Origin: an uncultured Acidobacteriaceae bacterium
Lineage (GTDB): Bacteria > Acidobacteriota > Terriglobia > Terriglobales > Acidobacteriaceae
Direction: 5' to 3'
Length of the DNA stretch: 64,000 nt
Assembly (NCBI GenBank): GCA_963737035.1
Contig: CAVTRJ010000016.1
Span: 47,783-111,782, forward strand
Below are positions 26,756 to 35,740 of this stretch, piece after piece. The position numbers and the translations under genes are program-made. Numbering within the stretch: the first letter of the stretch is position 1; each line of letters begins with the position of its first letter. The notes below the pieces were generated by a model. It made no database searches. It was not told where the DNA came from and saw nothing but the letters and a program-made list of their open reading frames with translations.

Positions 26756-27985
26756 GTGAATCGACGAGAGTTGCTGGGTGGTGCGTCGGCGGCGTGGCTG
26801 GCGATGGGGCTGGATGGGGTAGCGGCGCTCGCGGAGCCGGCGAAGGCGGGCGAATTGCGCGTGGGCGTGATCGGGCCGGGAAGCCGAGGGCAGGAATTGA
26901 TACGGCAACTGTTACATGTGCCCGGGGTGCGAATTGCGGCGATCTGCGATATTTATGAACCGCGCTATGCGCAGGTGAATCGGCTGGTGGGCACGGATGT
27001 TCCGGCGACGAAAGACTATCGTGAGCTGCTGGACCGCAAAGACCTGGACGTCATCTACGTGGCGACGCCGCTCGCGCACCATGCCGAGCATGTGCTGGCT
27101 GCGTTGAAGACGAACCGACCGGTGTATGGCGAAAAGGCGATGGGATTCACTCCGGAGCAGTGCCAGGAGATCTATGCCGCTGCGAACAAGCCGGGAGCGC
27201 TCTTCCAGATTGGCCATCAATATAGATACGCACCATGGGTGCGGGCAGCGGTAGAGGATGTGAAGAAGGGAAAGATCGGCGAGCCGACGCATGTGTATGC
27301 GTATTGGCATCGCAATAACAGCTGGCGGCGGCCGGTGCCGAGCCCCGATCCGGACGGAAAGCTGGACCACCTGATCAACTGGCGGCTGTATCGCGAGAGT
27401 TCCGGCGGACTGGTGACGGAGCTGGGATCGCACCACATCGACATTGCGAACTGGGTCTTCGACGCGATCCCAGAGCGTGCCACAGGCATGACAAGCATCG
27501 TGCGCTATCACGATGGGCGCACGGTGGGAGACAACGTGCAGGCGGTGTTCAGCTATCCGGGCGGGCGGCGCTTGATGTTCAGCTCGCTGACAGACAATGC
27601 GAAGGTAGGCAACGAGCTCTGGATCTACGGGACAGAGGGCAGCGTGGCGATCACCATCGAAGATGCGACGTTCTTTTACGAGCCGAAGACGCATCCCAAG
27701 GCGTCTGTAACGGGTGAGGAAGTGGTGACGCACGGCATTACGACGGGCGCGTCCTACAGCACCAAGGGCGAGATGCCGTATCGCGGGCCGGGCGAGAAGC
27801 TGGCAGTGACCGCGACAGAAGACCCGACCCTGACGGCGTGCCGCTCATTCATTGAATGCGTGCGCGCGAAACGGCAGCCGATGGCGAATGCGCGCGTGGG
27901 CTACGGCTCCGCGATTGCTGCGGCGATTGCGAATCGCGCTGTGTACGAGGAGCAGGGGATCGCGGTGCCGGCTTTGCCGGCGTGA
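26756..27985 (+). CDS. Tat-exported Gfo/Idh/MocA-family NAD(P)-dependent oxidoreductase
   Basis: The GTG at 26756 lies 8 nt after AAGGAG. The Tat signal is NRRELLGGASAAWLAMG and the Rossmann motif is VGVIGPGSRG. The ORF track starts at 26747. Confidence 0.8.
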   Translation: MNRRELLGGASAAWLAMGLDGVAALAEPAKAGELRVGVIGPGSRGQELIRQLLHVPGVRIAAICDIYEPRYAQVNRLVGTDVPATKDYRELLDRKDLDVIYVATPLAHHAEHVLAALKTNRPVYGEKAMGFTPEQCQEIYAAANKPGALFQIGHQYRYAPWVRAAVEDVKKGKIGEPTHVYAYWHRNNSWRRPVPSPDPDGKLDHLINWRLYRESSGGLVTELGSHHIDIANWVFDAIPERATGMTSIVRYHDGRTVGDNVQAVFSYPGGRRLMFSSLTDNAKVGNELWIYGTEGSVAITIEDATFFYEPKTHPKASVTGEEVVTHGITTGASYSTKGEMPYRGPGEKLAVTATEDPTLTACRSFIECVRAKRQPMANARVGYGSAIAAAIANRAVYEEQGIAVPALPA

Positions 27986-28016
27986 CGATGGAGTGGAGTA
28001 TTCGCGGCGAGCGGCG

Positions 28017-28928
28017 TTAACGGATTGGCTCGGGCACGGCGTCTCCGGTGAGCGTGAGCACGGGACAGGTGGCGCGCGAGATGAGCTGGATGGTGATCGA
28101 GTTGCGGTCGAACAGTTCGATGGTGCCGCGGCGATGGATGCCAAGGATCAGCAGCTCGCTTTGGGTGTCTTCCGCGTAGCGCAGGATCTGGTTGCGCGCG
28201 TCGCCGGCACTGGCCACGGCGCGCGCCTCGATGAGGTGATCGCATGCCCCGGGAAGCTGGCGCTTGATCTGTTCTTGAGTACGAAAATCGAGATCGGCGA
28301 TCAGGTCTGGCACGGGGCGATCATGCTCGTCGACGATGCTGATGACCTTGAGCTCGCTTTGAAAGGAGCCCGCAACCGCGCAGGCAAAGGGCGCGGCACG
28401 CGAAGCCATGTTGGAGCTGTCAGTGGCGTAGAGGATGGCGCGGAAGGGCTTTGTAACATCCGGGAGCGGCACGTGCGGGCCAACGGTGATGGTGGGACAT
28501 GCGACGCGGCGAAGGCAGCGCTCTGCGGTGGAACCGATGATGCGACGTCCGAGGCTGCTTCCGCCGTGGGTTCCGAGCACAAGCAACGGGCGCGTCTGCG
28601 CGTCGGCGAAGGCAGGAATTTTGTCCGAGGGATCGCCTTCGAGCAGTTGCGCTCTCACATGAAGCCCTCGCGCAAGGAGAGGCGCCGCTGTCTCTTCGAG
28701 TTTGTGAAGCCTCTCTATGCGGTCGGCGCTGGGATGCTGCTTGAGGACCTCAACCTCCTCCGCGTTCTGGCTGGGAATAAATGCGTGCGCGATCACCAGC
28801 TCCGCGTGAAAGTGCTTCGCGAGCATGGCGGCATAGACGCCGGCCTTCTCTGAAACCGTGGAGAGGTCAGTCGCAAAAACAATGGAGCCGATTGCCAGTT
28901 CGCCATTCTGTAGGGGATTTACGGACAT
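28017..28928 (-). CDS. Universal stress protein with tandem UspA domains
   Basis: The 303-aa protein has two repeats of the Usp fold, IVFATDLS... and ILYATDSS..., each ending in a G-x2-G-x9-G(S/T)-like segment (GTHGGSSLGRRIIGSTAE and GIHRRG...). Confidence 0.8.
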   Translation of the reverse strand: MSVNPLQNGELAIGSIVFATDLSTVSEKAGVYAAMLAKHFHAELVIAHAFIPSQNAEEVEVLKQHPSADRIERLHKLEETAAPLLARGLHVRAQLLEGDPSDKIPAFADAQTRPLLVLGTHGGSSLGRRIIGSTAERCLRRVACPTITVGPHVPLPDVTKPFRAILYATDSSNMASRAAPFACAVAGSFQSELKVISIVDEHDRPVPDLIADLDFRTQEQIKRQLPGACDHLIEARAVASAGDARNQILRYAEDTQSELLILGIHRRGTIELFDRNSITIQLISRATCPVLTLTGDAVPEPIR

Positions 28929-28959
28929 CGGCAGACTCCGAGGATGCTGAGGACGTGGC

Positions 28960-30385
28960 TCAAGGCTGCACTCCGGTCTGGAAGTTGAGTGCGGCGAGCG
29001 TGAGGCGGTATTGATATTGCGCGTTGGTGTTGGTGATCTCAGCCTCGGTCTGCTGGAGCTGCGCCTGGCTTAGCTCGACGATGGAGGAGAGGCCGAGCTT
29101 GTAGCGCGTCTGCGCGAGGCCGAGACTTTGATTGGCCTGATTGAGCAGCTGTGCGGTGACGCCGAGCCGCGTGAAGGCGTTGTTGGCATCGAGCCACGCG
29201 GTCTGCACATCGCGCACGATCACGTCCTTGAGCTGGCGCGTCCGCTGCGCTGTGGCTTGCGCGCGCAACTGCGCTTCCTTGGCTTCCGCCGAGTAGAGAA
29301 AGCCGTTGAAGATGGGGATGTTCAGGTTTGCGCCGATGGCGCCGTCCCAACTGGAGACGTAGTACTGGCCGGGGCGCACGGGGCTTGCGCCGACGGTGCC
29401 GAGTGCCGAGAGAGTGGGAAGCATCTGATCGCGTTGGGCGCGGCTGAATTTCTCCTGCGACTGACGAGTGAGATCGATCGATTGCAAGTCCGGACGCTGC
29501 TTTACCGCGAGATCGAGCAGGGACTGCTCATCAGGGAGGCGGAGGCGGGTTGTTCTTGGTGTTGTCCACGAGTGAGTAGTGGACGGGGTGATCGAGGCCG
29601 AGCACCTCATCGAGCGCGGCCATGGTGGCGTCCGCGTTGTTTTGCGCATCCAGCTGCAGTAACTGTGCTTGTGACAGATTCACATTCGCGAAGGTGAGGT
29701 CGAGCGTGGAGCGCAGTTTGTTCTGCGTCAACTGGTTTACCTGGCTCTGTGTGGTCTGGCGCAGATTGACGGTCTGCTTCGCGACCTGGAGCAACGCCTG
29801 CGCCTGCAGAGCGTTGTAGAAGGCCTGATCGGTGACCAGGACGACGTCCTCTTTGGTGGCCAGCTCGTTGGCTTGCTGGGCACGCTCCTGCAATTTGGTA
29901 GAGGCGACGAGATTGGTGGTGCGTCCGAAGTCGGTGATGAGCTGCGAGAAGTTGATGCTGCCGCCAGCGCGGGTGAAGAGACGCGAGGCGGAGAGCGAGC
30001 CGGATGCGACGCGGCTGGCCTGGTTGGCGTCCTGCGCCGTGAGTGATCCGGTGAGGGTGGGCAACTCTCCTGAGCGGGATTCGCGAACAACCTGATGCTC
30101 CGCCAGCGCGAGCAGATGGCTGACGCTGACGCGCGGATTGTTGGCGAGTGCCATGCGTTCCGCGTCTGCGCGGGTGAGGGGCGGCCCGGGCGGCGGTGTC
30201 GCAGCGGCTGGTGCGGGTGTTTGCTGGGGCGCTTGCGCTTGCGCGTTGCTGTTGTCCGACGATGACGAGGAAGCGGTGAGGGTGGCGGGAGCGGGCGCCG
30301 CTGGGAGCGTCTGAGCATGGACGGGACCTGCGAGCAGCAGCGGCGATAGGAGACTATATGCGGCCAGGCGAAGTGTAATCGACAT
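28960..30385 (-). pseudogene. TolC-like outer-membrane efflux factor, split by a 1-nt frameshift near 29534..29536
   Basis: The N-terminal ORF 29531..30385 (signal peptide plus first OMF repeat) ends ...VDNTKNNPPPPP*. The C-terminal half (ORF 28960..29649) continues in another frame from ...DEQSLLDLAVKQRPDLQ. Removing one C from the CCC run (minus strand) fuses them into a canonical two-repeat OMF of ~475 aa. Confidence 0.8.
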
Positions 30386-30387
30386 GG

Positions 30388-33300
30388 TTACACTCCCTCC
30401 GTCTGGACGGTAGGTGTGTGCCCTTCGCGCCGGCCGTGGATCAGCAGATAGACCGCGGGAACGAGGAACATGGTGACGACGACCGAGACAGCGAGTCCGC
30501 CGATGAGCGCGCGCGCGAGGGGCGCGTATTGTTCGCTGCCGGCTTCAAGGCCGAGGGCCAGCGGGATCATGCCGAGGAGAGTGGCGAACGAGGTCATCAG
30601 GATGGGGCGCATGCGGATCTTGCAGGATTGCACGACGGCATCGACCAGGCTTTTGCCCTGAGCATGGAGGATGCCGGCGAACTCGACGATGAGGATGGAG
30701 TTGGAGACGACGATGCCGGTCATCATGATGACGCCCATGAGCGACATGACGTTGAGCGTAGAGCCGGTGAGGAGCAGGATGAGCACGACGCCGGCGAGAC
30801 CGGGTGGAATGGCCATGAGGATGATGAAGGGATCGAGGAAAGAGGCGAACTGCGCCATGAGCACGAGATAGATAAGCGCGATGGCGAGGATGAGGCCGAT
30901 GCCGAAGCGAGTGAAGGAGTCGTTCATGCTCACGATTGCGCCGTGGATGTTGATGCGCATGCCGCGCGGCCGCTCCACGTTCTTGAGGATCTGGTTGACC
31001 TGGCTGCTGATGGTGTTCAGTGACTCGGAGCGCGGCTGGACGTAGATGTCGATGACGCGACGCAGTGCGTAGTGGTCGACCTCGGTGGGCGTGTCGATGG
31101 GTTTGGTGAAGACGACAGAGCGCAGCGGGGTGTAGCTGGTCTGTCCTTTGCCGCGCAGAGGAATGTTCTGGAAATCCTCCATGTTCATGTGGCCGATCTG
31201 ATGGGTGGAGTATTGCACCGTAAGCATGTAGTTGTTGCCGGTGTTGGGGTCGATCCAGTAGCTGGGGGCGATGACGCCGTTGGAGGTGAGCGCGGTGATG
31301 ACGTTGTCGACGACATCTTTGGGCGAGAGGCCGACGAGCGAGGCGCGCTCGCGATCGATGTTGAGCTGGAGCCCGGGATATTTGAGGTCCTGCGGGATGT
31401 AGACGTCGCCCACGCTCGATAAGCCGCGGAGCTGCTGCGCGATGGCCTGTGCCTTGGCGAAGGCGGCGGGTTGGTCGTTGGAGCTGATCTGAATATCGAG
31501 AGGCGCGGGCAGGCCCTGATTCATGACGGAGTCGACGAGACCGCCGGCCTGAAAGTAGGTTTGGATCTCCGGAATGTCGGACGCGAGCCGGCGGCGCACG
31601 CGATCGATGTATGCGTAACTGCCGGTGGAGTGATCCTCGTTGAGCGAGACCTGGACGAAGGCGGTGTCCATCGAAGAGTTGCTGGTGTAGATGGCGGAGA
31701 GATCCGGCGTGATGCCGATGTTGGAGACGATCATGCCGAGATCGTGCGACGGGACGATTTTGCGGATTTCGTCCTCAACGCGCGCGATGTAGGCGTCGCT
31801 GGTTTCGATGCGCGTGCCGCTGGGCATTTTGACATTGATGATGAATTGTCCGGGATCGGTGCGCGGGAAGTAGGCGCGGCCGAGAACTGGAGTCAGCACG
31901 ACAAGGATGACGGCGGTGCCGCCGAGCAGGACCGCTGCAGTGAAGCCGGGACGCTTGAGGGTGCGGTACGCGAGCACCTCGTAGCGATCGAGCATGCGCT
32001 GGAAGTAGATGTTGAAGCGATCGACGATGCGTTGAAAGATGCCGCGCCTGTGCTCACCCTTTTTGGTTTCGCCGTGTTCTTCGTGCAGGTTGATGAACTT
32101 TGCGCAGAAGAGCGGCACCAGGGTCATGGAGAAGAAGTAGGAGGCGAAGATGCAGATGACGACGCCGAGTGCGAGATCGGTGAAGAGATAGCGGCTGACG
32201 CCGTTGAGCAGGAAGACGGGGAAGAAGACGATGGAGGTGGCGACGGTGGCGGCGAGAACGGCGAGCGATACTTCTGTGCCGCCCTCGTCGGCGGCCCGCT
32301 CCGGCGCAGCGCCCTCTTCCATGAAGCGGATGATGTTTTCCAGCACAACGACGGAGTTGTCGATGAGCCGCGAGAGCACCAGCGCGATGCCGCCGAGCAG
32401 CATGGTGTTGATGGTGCCGCCAAAGGCATTCATGACCAGCAGGCAGAGGAGGATGGCCATAGGGATGGAGAGCAGCGATGCTCCCGCGGCGCGCGGCGAG
32501 CCGAGGAAGAGCAGGATCATGAGGCCGGTGAGCACGAGGCCGATGAGCGCTTCCTTGAGCAGGTTTTTGATGGCGCCTTTGACAAAGACAGATTGGTCGA
32601 AGACGACGGCGGTTTTCAGGCTGGGCGGGATATCCACGAGCCGCTTGATGGCAGCGCGCATGCCGTTCACGATGGAGATGGTGTTGCTCTTGCCGGCCTG
32701 CTTGAGGATGGGGACATAGACGGAGTGCTGACCATCGATGCGAACGATGTTTGTCTGAAGCGCGCCGGAGTCTTCGGCGTGGCCGACATCCGCGACCAGC
32801 ACGGAAGCGTTGCCGGACGACTTGAGCGGCATGGAATTGATCTGCTGCGCGGTGGGAATCTGGCTGTTGGCGTAGAGGTTGTAATCCTTGGTGCCGATGC
32901 GCACGTCGCCGGCGGGCAGGATGAGGTTGGATTGATTGACGCTGTCTACCACATCCATCAGGCTCATGTTGTGGGCTTCGAGCTTGAGTGGATCGACGTA
33001 GATCTGAATCTGTCGATAGCGGCCGCCGTAGGGTTGCGGCACGGAGGCGCCGGGAACGTTCGCGATTTGATTGCGTACCTGAAACTGTGCCAGATCTTTG
33101 AGCTGGGTCTCGTTCAGCCCCTGACCCTTGAGCGTGACCAGGCAAACAGGCTGGCTGGATGCGGTCATGCCGAGCACGACCGGCGGCAGCGTGCCGGAGG
33201 GCAAGCGGCGCAGGTCGGCCATGGCGAGATTGGAGATATTGCTGAGCGCGGCGTTGGCATCGGTTCCGGGGAGGAAGTAGATCTTGATGAGTGAGACGCC

Positions 33301-33552
33301 GGAGAGCGAGCGCGATTCGATGTGGTCGATGTTTGCGCCGAGGGTGAAGAAGCGTTCGAAGGTGTCGGTGATGTCAGCTTCGATCTGCCGCGGCGGCATG
33401 CCGGAGTAGAAGGTGGCGACGACGACGACGGGAATGTCGATGGAAGGGAAGAGATCGACGGGCATGGACATGACGTTGACCACGCCGACGAGCAGCACCA
33501 TGAGCGAGATCATGATGATGAAGAAGGGATAGCGGAGGGCAAACTTCGGCAT
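30388..33552 (-). CDS. RND-family efflux transporter permease (AcrB/HAE1-like)
   Basis: The 1054-aa protein has a 12-TM pattern and the N-terminus FALRYPFFIIMISLMVLLVGV...DLFPSIDIPVVVV. It overlaps the adaptor gene by ATGA. Confidence 0.9.
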   Translation of the reverse strand: MPKFALRYPFFIIMISLMVLLVGVVNVMSMPVDLFPSIDIPVVVVATFYSGMPPRQIEADITDTFERFFTLGANIDHIESRSLSGVSLIKIYFLPGTDANAALSNISNLAMADLRRLPSGTLPPVVLGMTASSQPVCLVTLKGQGLNETQLKDLAQFQVRNQIANVPGASVPQPYGGRYRQIQIYVDPLKLEAHNMSLMDVVDSVNQSNLILPAGDVRIGTKDYNLYANSQIPTAQQINSMPLKSSGNASVLVADVGHAEDSGALQTNIVRIDGQHSVYVPILKQAGKSNTISIVNGMRAAIKRLVDIPPSLKTAVVFDQSVFVKGAIKNLLKEALIGLVLTGLMILLFLGSPRAAGASLLSIPMAILLCLLVMNAFGGTINTMLLGGIALVLSRLIDNSVVVLENIIRFMEEGAAPERAADEGGTEVSLAVLAATVATSIVFFPVFLLNGVSRYLFTDLALGVVICIFASYFFSMTLVPLFCAKFINLHEEHGETKKGEHRRGIFQRIVDRFNIYFQRMLDRYEVLAYRTLKRPGFTAAVLLGGTAVILVVLTPVLGRAYFPRTDPGQFIINVKMPSGTRIETSDAYIARVEDEIRKIVPSHDLGMIVSNIGITPDLSAIYTSNSSMDTAFVQVSLNEDHSTGSYAYIDRVRRRLASDIPEIQTYFQAGGLVDSVMNQGLPAPLDIQISSNDQPAAFAKAQAIAQQLRGLSSVGDVYIPQDLKYPGLQLNIDRERASLVGLSPKDVVDNVITALTSNGVIAPSYWIDPNTGNNYMLTVQYSTHQIGHMNMEDFQNIPLRGKGQTSYTPLRSVVFTKPIDTPTEVDHYALRRVIDIYVQPRSESLNTISSQVNQILKNVERPRGMRINIHGAIVSMNDSFTRFGIGLILAIALIYLVLMAQFASFLDPFIILMAIPPGLAGVVLILLLTGSTLNVMSLMGVIMMTGIVVSNSILIVEFAGILHAQGKSLVDAVVQSCKIRMRPILMTSFATLLGMIPLALGLEAGSEQYAPLARALIGGLAVSVVVTMFLVPAVYLLIHGRREGHTPTVQTEGV

Positions 33553-34796
33553 CAGTTGCCTCCCTCGTTCGCGTCGGTCATGCCGCCTTCCTCGTGCATG
33601 ACATCGTTGGCGGGCTGGGGTTCGAGGCGCGGCGTGATCGTCTCACCGTCCTTGTAACGCGCCGCATTGCCGAGAACGACCCGGTCTCCTTGCTGAACGC
33701 CGCTTCGCACTTCGGCCAGCAAAGAGCCCTGGATGCCGAGGGTGACGGCGCGCTGATGCACATGATTCTGACTGTCGACGACGAGAACGCTGGTGTGGCC
33801 CGCGTCATCGCGCTGGATGGCGAGCAACGGGATGGTAAGGACATTCTCCCGGTGCGCAAGCTGCACGTAGGTGTTGGCATACATGCCGGGATCGATGCTG
33901 AGGTCCTTGTTGGGAACGTCGATCTCGGTTTCCATGGTGCGGGTGTCGAGGCTGACGTTGCGGGTGAAGCGCACGATCTTGCCGGTAAGCGAGCGGTGGA
34001 GTGCGTCCACGCGGATCTGTACCGTGTCGCCATCGTGGATGTAGCCCACGGCATCTTCGGGCACGGGCAGGCGGAGACGAAGAAGATCGCTTTGTGAGAG
34101 CTTGACCAGGGGCAGGCTCTGGCTATCCGACGAAGTGCCGGCCTGGATGAGCGCGCCGGTATCTGCATAGCGCCAGATGACGACGCCGCTGAGCGGAGCG
34201 GTGATGGTGGTGTAGGACTGGAGTGCGCCGTAGCGCTCCATGTCGGCCTTGGCGACGTCAGACTGCTGCCGCGCGGCGGAGAGCGTGGCCCGCGCGGTAT
34301 CGACCTGCGCCTGCGAGGCGTCGGCTTTCGCGCGTGCATCGTCGAGCTCCTGCTCTGCGATGAGCCCGGGTTGAGCCTTGGATGCCTGCAGCAGGCGATC
34401 GAAGTTGGCCTGCAGCGCGGAGTGACTCGCCTGGGCGCGGCTGATTTCGTGCTGCGCGATATTGATCTGCTCCATGCTTCGCTGCTGTTCGGATTGGCTG
34501 CCGCGATACTGCGCGTTCAACTCAGGGACTTCGAGCACGGCGAGCGTCTGGCCAGCATGGACGCGGTCGCCGATGTCGACATTGATGCGGCGTACGTAGC
34601 CGGAGACTTTCGCGTGCACATCGATCACCTGGTAGGGCTGGAACTGGCCGGCAAGCGAGAGCATGTGCGAGATGTTGCCGCGCTGGACGACAGCGACTGC
34701 GGCAGCAACGGGCTGGGTGGCTGCGTCGGCGGAATCCGAACGCGCTTTGCATCCGGCGAAGGCAAGAGGCAGAACGAGAGACAGAAAGTAAGACAC
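33552..34796 (-). CDS. RND efflux periplasmic adaptor (membrane fusion protein, HlyD/AcrA family), lipoprotein
   Basis: The GTG at 34796 gives VSYFLSLVLPLAFAGC, which includes a lipobox. A coiled-coil hairpin and beta-barrel domains follow. The ORF track extends to 34997. Confidence 0.8.
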   Translation of the reverse strand: MSYFLSLVLPLAFAGCKARSDSADAATQPVAAAVAVVQRGNISHMLSLAGQFQPYQVIDVHAKVSGYVRRINVDIGDRVHAGQTLAVLEVPELNAQYRGSQSEQQRSMEQINIAQHEISRAQASHSALQANFDRLLQASKAQPGLIAEQELDDARAKADASQAQVDTARATLSAARQQSDVAKADMERYGALQSYTTITAPLSGVVIWRYADTGALIQAGTSSDSQSLPLVKLSQSDLLRLRLPVPEDAVGYIHDGDTVQIRVDALHRSLTGKIVRFTRNVSLDTRTMETEIDVPNKDLSIDPGMYANTYVQLAHRENVLTIPLLAIQRDDAGHTSVLVVDSQNHVHQRAVTLGIQGSLLAEVRSGVQQGDRVVLGNAARYKDGETITPRLEPQPANDVMHEEGGMTDANEGGN

Positions 34797-35030
34797 GGCG
34801 ATGCCCGGTCTGGAGGGACGATCGCAGAGACGAACGGCTTGCTTGTGCACGGTAGACCTGTCACGCACTGGAGCCAGAGCGCGTCTTGTGCCGACGCGGA
34901 AGACTCGACGGCTCTCCGGAGAGAAGCCGCTCGTATCCGCGGGCGGCCAGGAGATCGCTCGGATTCCAGGCTCGCTAGTTGGAAACAGCGATGACACAAT
35001 TCGCAGAATGAAGGCGAATTATGCCGAAAG

Positions 35031-35420
35031 TCAGGAAACGAGAGAAGGCGGAGGACGGCGGAGCAAAGGCCCGTTGATCGCGAGAGTGCGCGAAGCGACA
35101 GGTGGGGCCTCGCTGCGTGGCCGAATCGGGCGAGTATTCTCCGGTGGCTGGGGCAGGAAGACGACCGCGGAGGCGAGTGCCGCCCGGTGCAGATCGGCGT
35201 GATTCACATTCGCGTGCTGTGCGGTATCCGTCGGGCGCTCCCGCTCAGAGAGCAGCTTGGCGATCGGAGCGGTTTCCGATGCGCGGGCGCGGACGTGATA
35301 GAGCGAGAGCTTGGAATGGAGTCCCCAGCCGAAGACGGCCAACGCAAGCAAGAGGATCGATACGCCGATGGCGAAGCGTCCTTCGCGGATATTCAGCTCG
35401 CGCTTGTCGCAGTGTGTCAT
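35031..35420 (-). CDS. Hypothetical single-pass membrane protein
   Basis: An internal ATG at 35420 gives MTHCDKRELNIREGRFAIGVSILLLALAVFGWGLHSKLSLYH.... There is one clear TM helix and no family I recognise. The coding status is uncertain. Confidence 0.3.
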   Translation of the reverse strand: MTHCDKRELNIREGRFAIGVSILLLALAVFGWGLHSKLSLYHVRARASETAPIAKLLSERERPTDTAQHANVNHADLHRAALASAVVFLPQPPENTRPIRPRSEAPPVASRTLAINGPLLRRPPPSLVS

Positions 35421-35580
35421 CGATACGCCGATAGCCCTAGTGTATATGAGGCGGTCTGCTGGTTCGACGCAGTTCAGGCCATTCCTGTGAGCTGGTTTGA
35501 TGGCACGATAAGGTTGTAAGCCATTCCGCGATAATCGGATAGCGCCGTTTGGCTGGAACAGGCCGGTGCTACTATTGCCC

Positions 35581-35691
35581 GTGCTGAATCTGAGCAAACC
35601 GAAGACGGCGGGGCAATGGATGGTTCACATCGTGGCAGCCCTCATCGCATTGATGCTTATCGCATGGCTGCTGCGGCTCTACATACTGTGA
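35581..35691 (+). CDS. Candidate small hydrophobic peptide (36 aa from the GTG, or 23 aa from the ATG at 35620)
   Basis: The peptide is (V)LNLSKPKTAGQWMVHIVAALIALMLIAWLLRLYIL*. It has a single TM-like helix and lies 50 nt upstream of a Tat-signal TIM-barrel gene. There is no homology evidence. Confidence 0.2.
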   Translation: MLNLSKPKTAGQWMVHIVAALIALMLIAWLLRLYIL

Positions 35692-35740
35692 TATTCACGG
35701 CGATGCAATGGAGGAACACCACCTTGAGGCATGAGATGGC

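Noticed and set aside
30418-33294. Long plus-strand ORFs (201, 116 and 607 aa) rich in D/E/G/H, opposite the RND pump gene.
   Set aside because: They are mirror-frame artefacts of a GC-rich membrane-protein gene. They have no domain signatures, and the minus-strand AcrB-like frame is unambiguous.
34998-35020. The inverted repeat AATTCGC-N9-GCGAATT upstream of the RND operon, as an operator or terminator.
   Set aside because: The arms are short (7 bp), there is no adjacent regulator gene and no U-tract, and it lies about 200 nt from the adaptor start. It is too weak to call.
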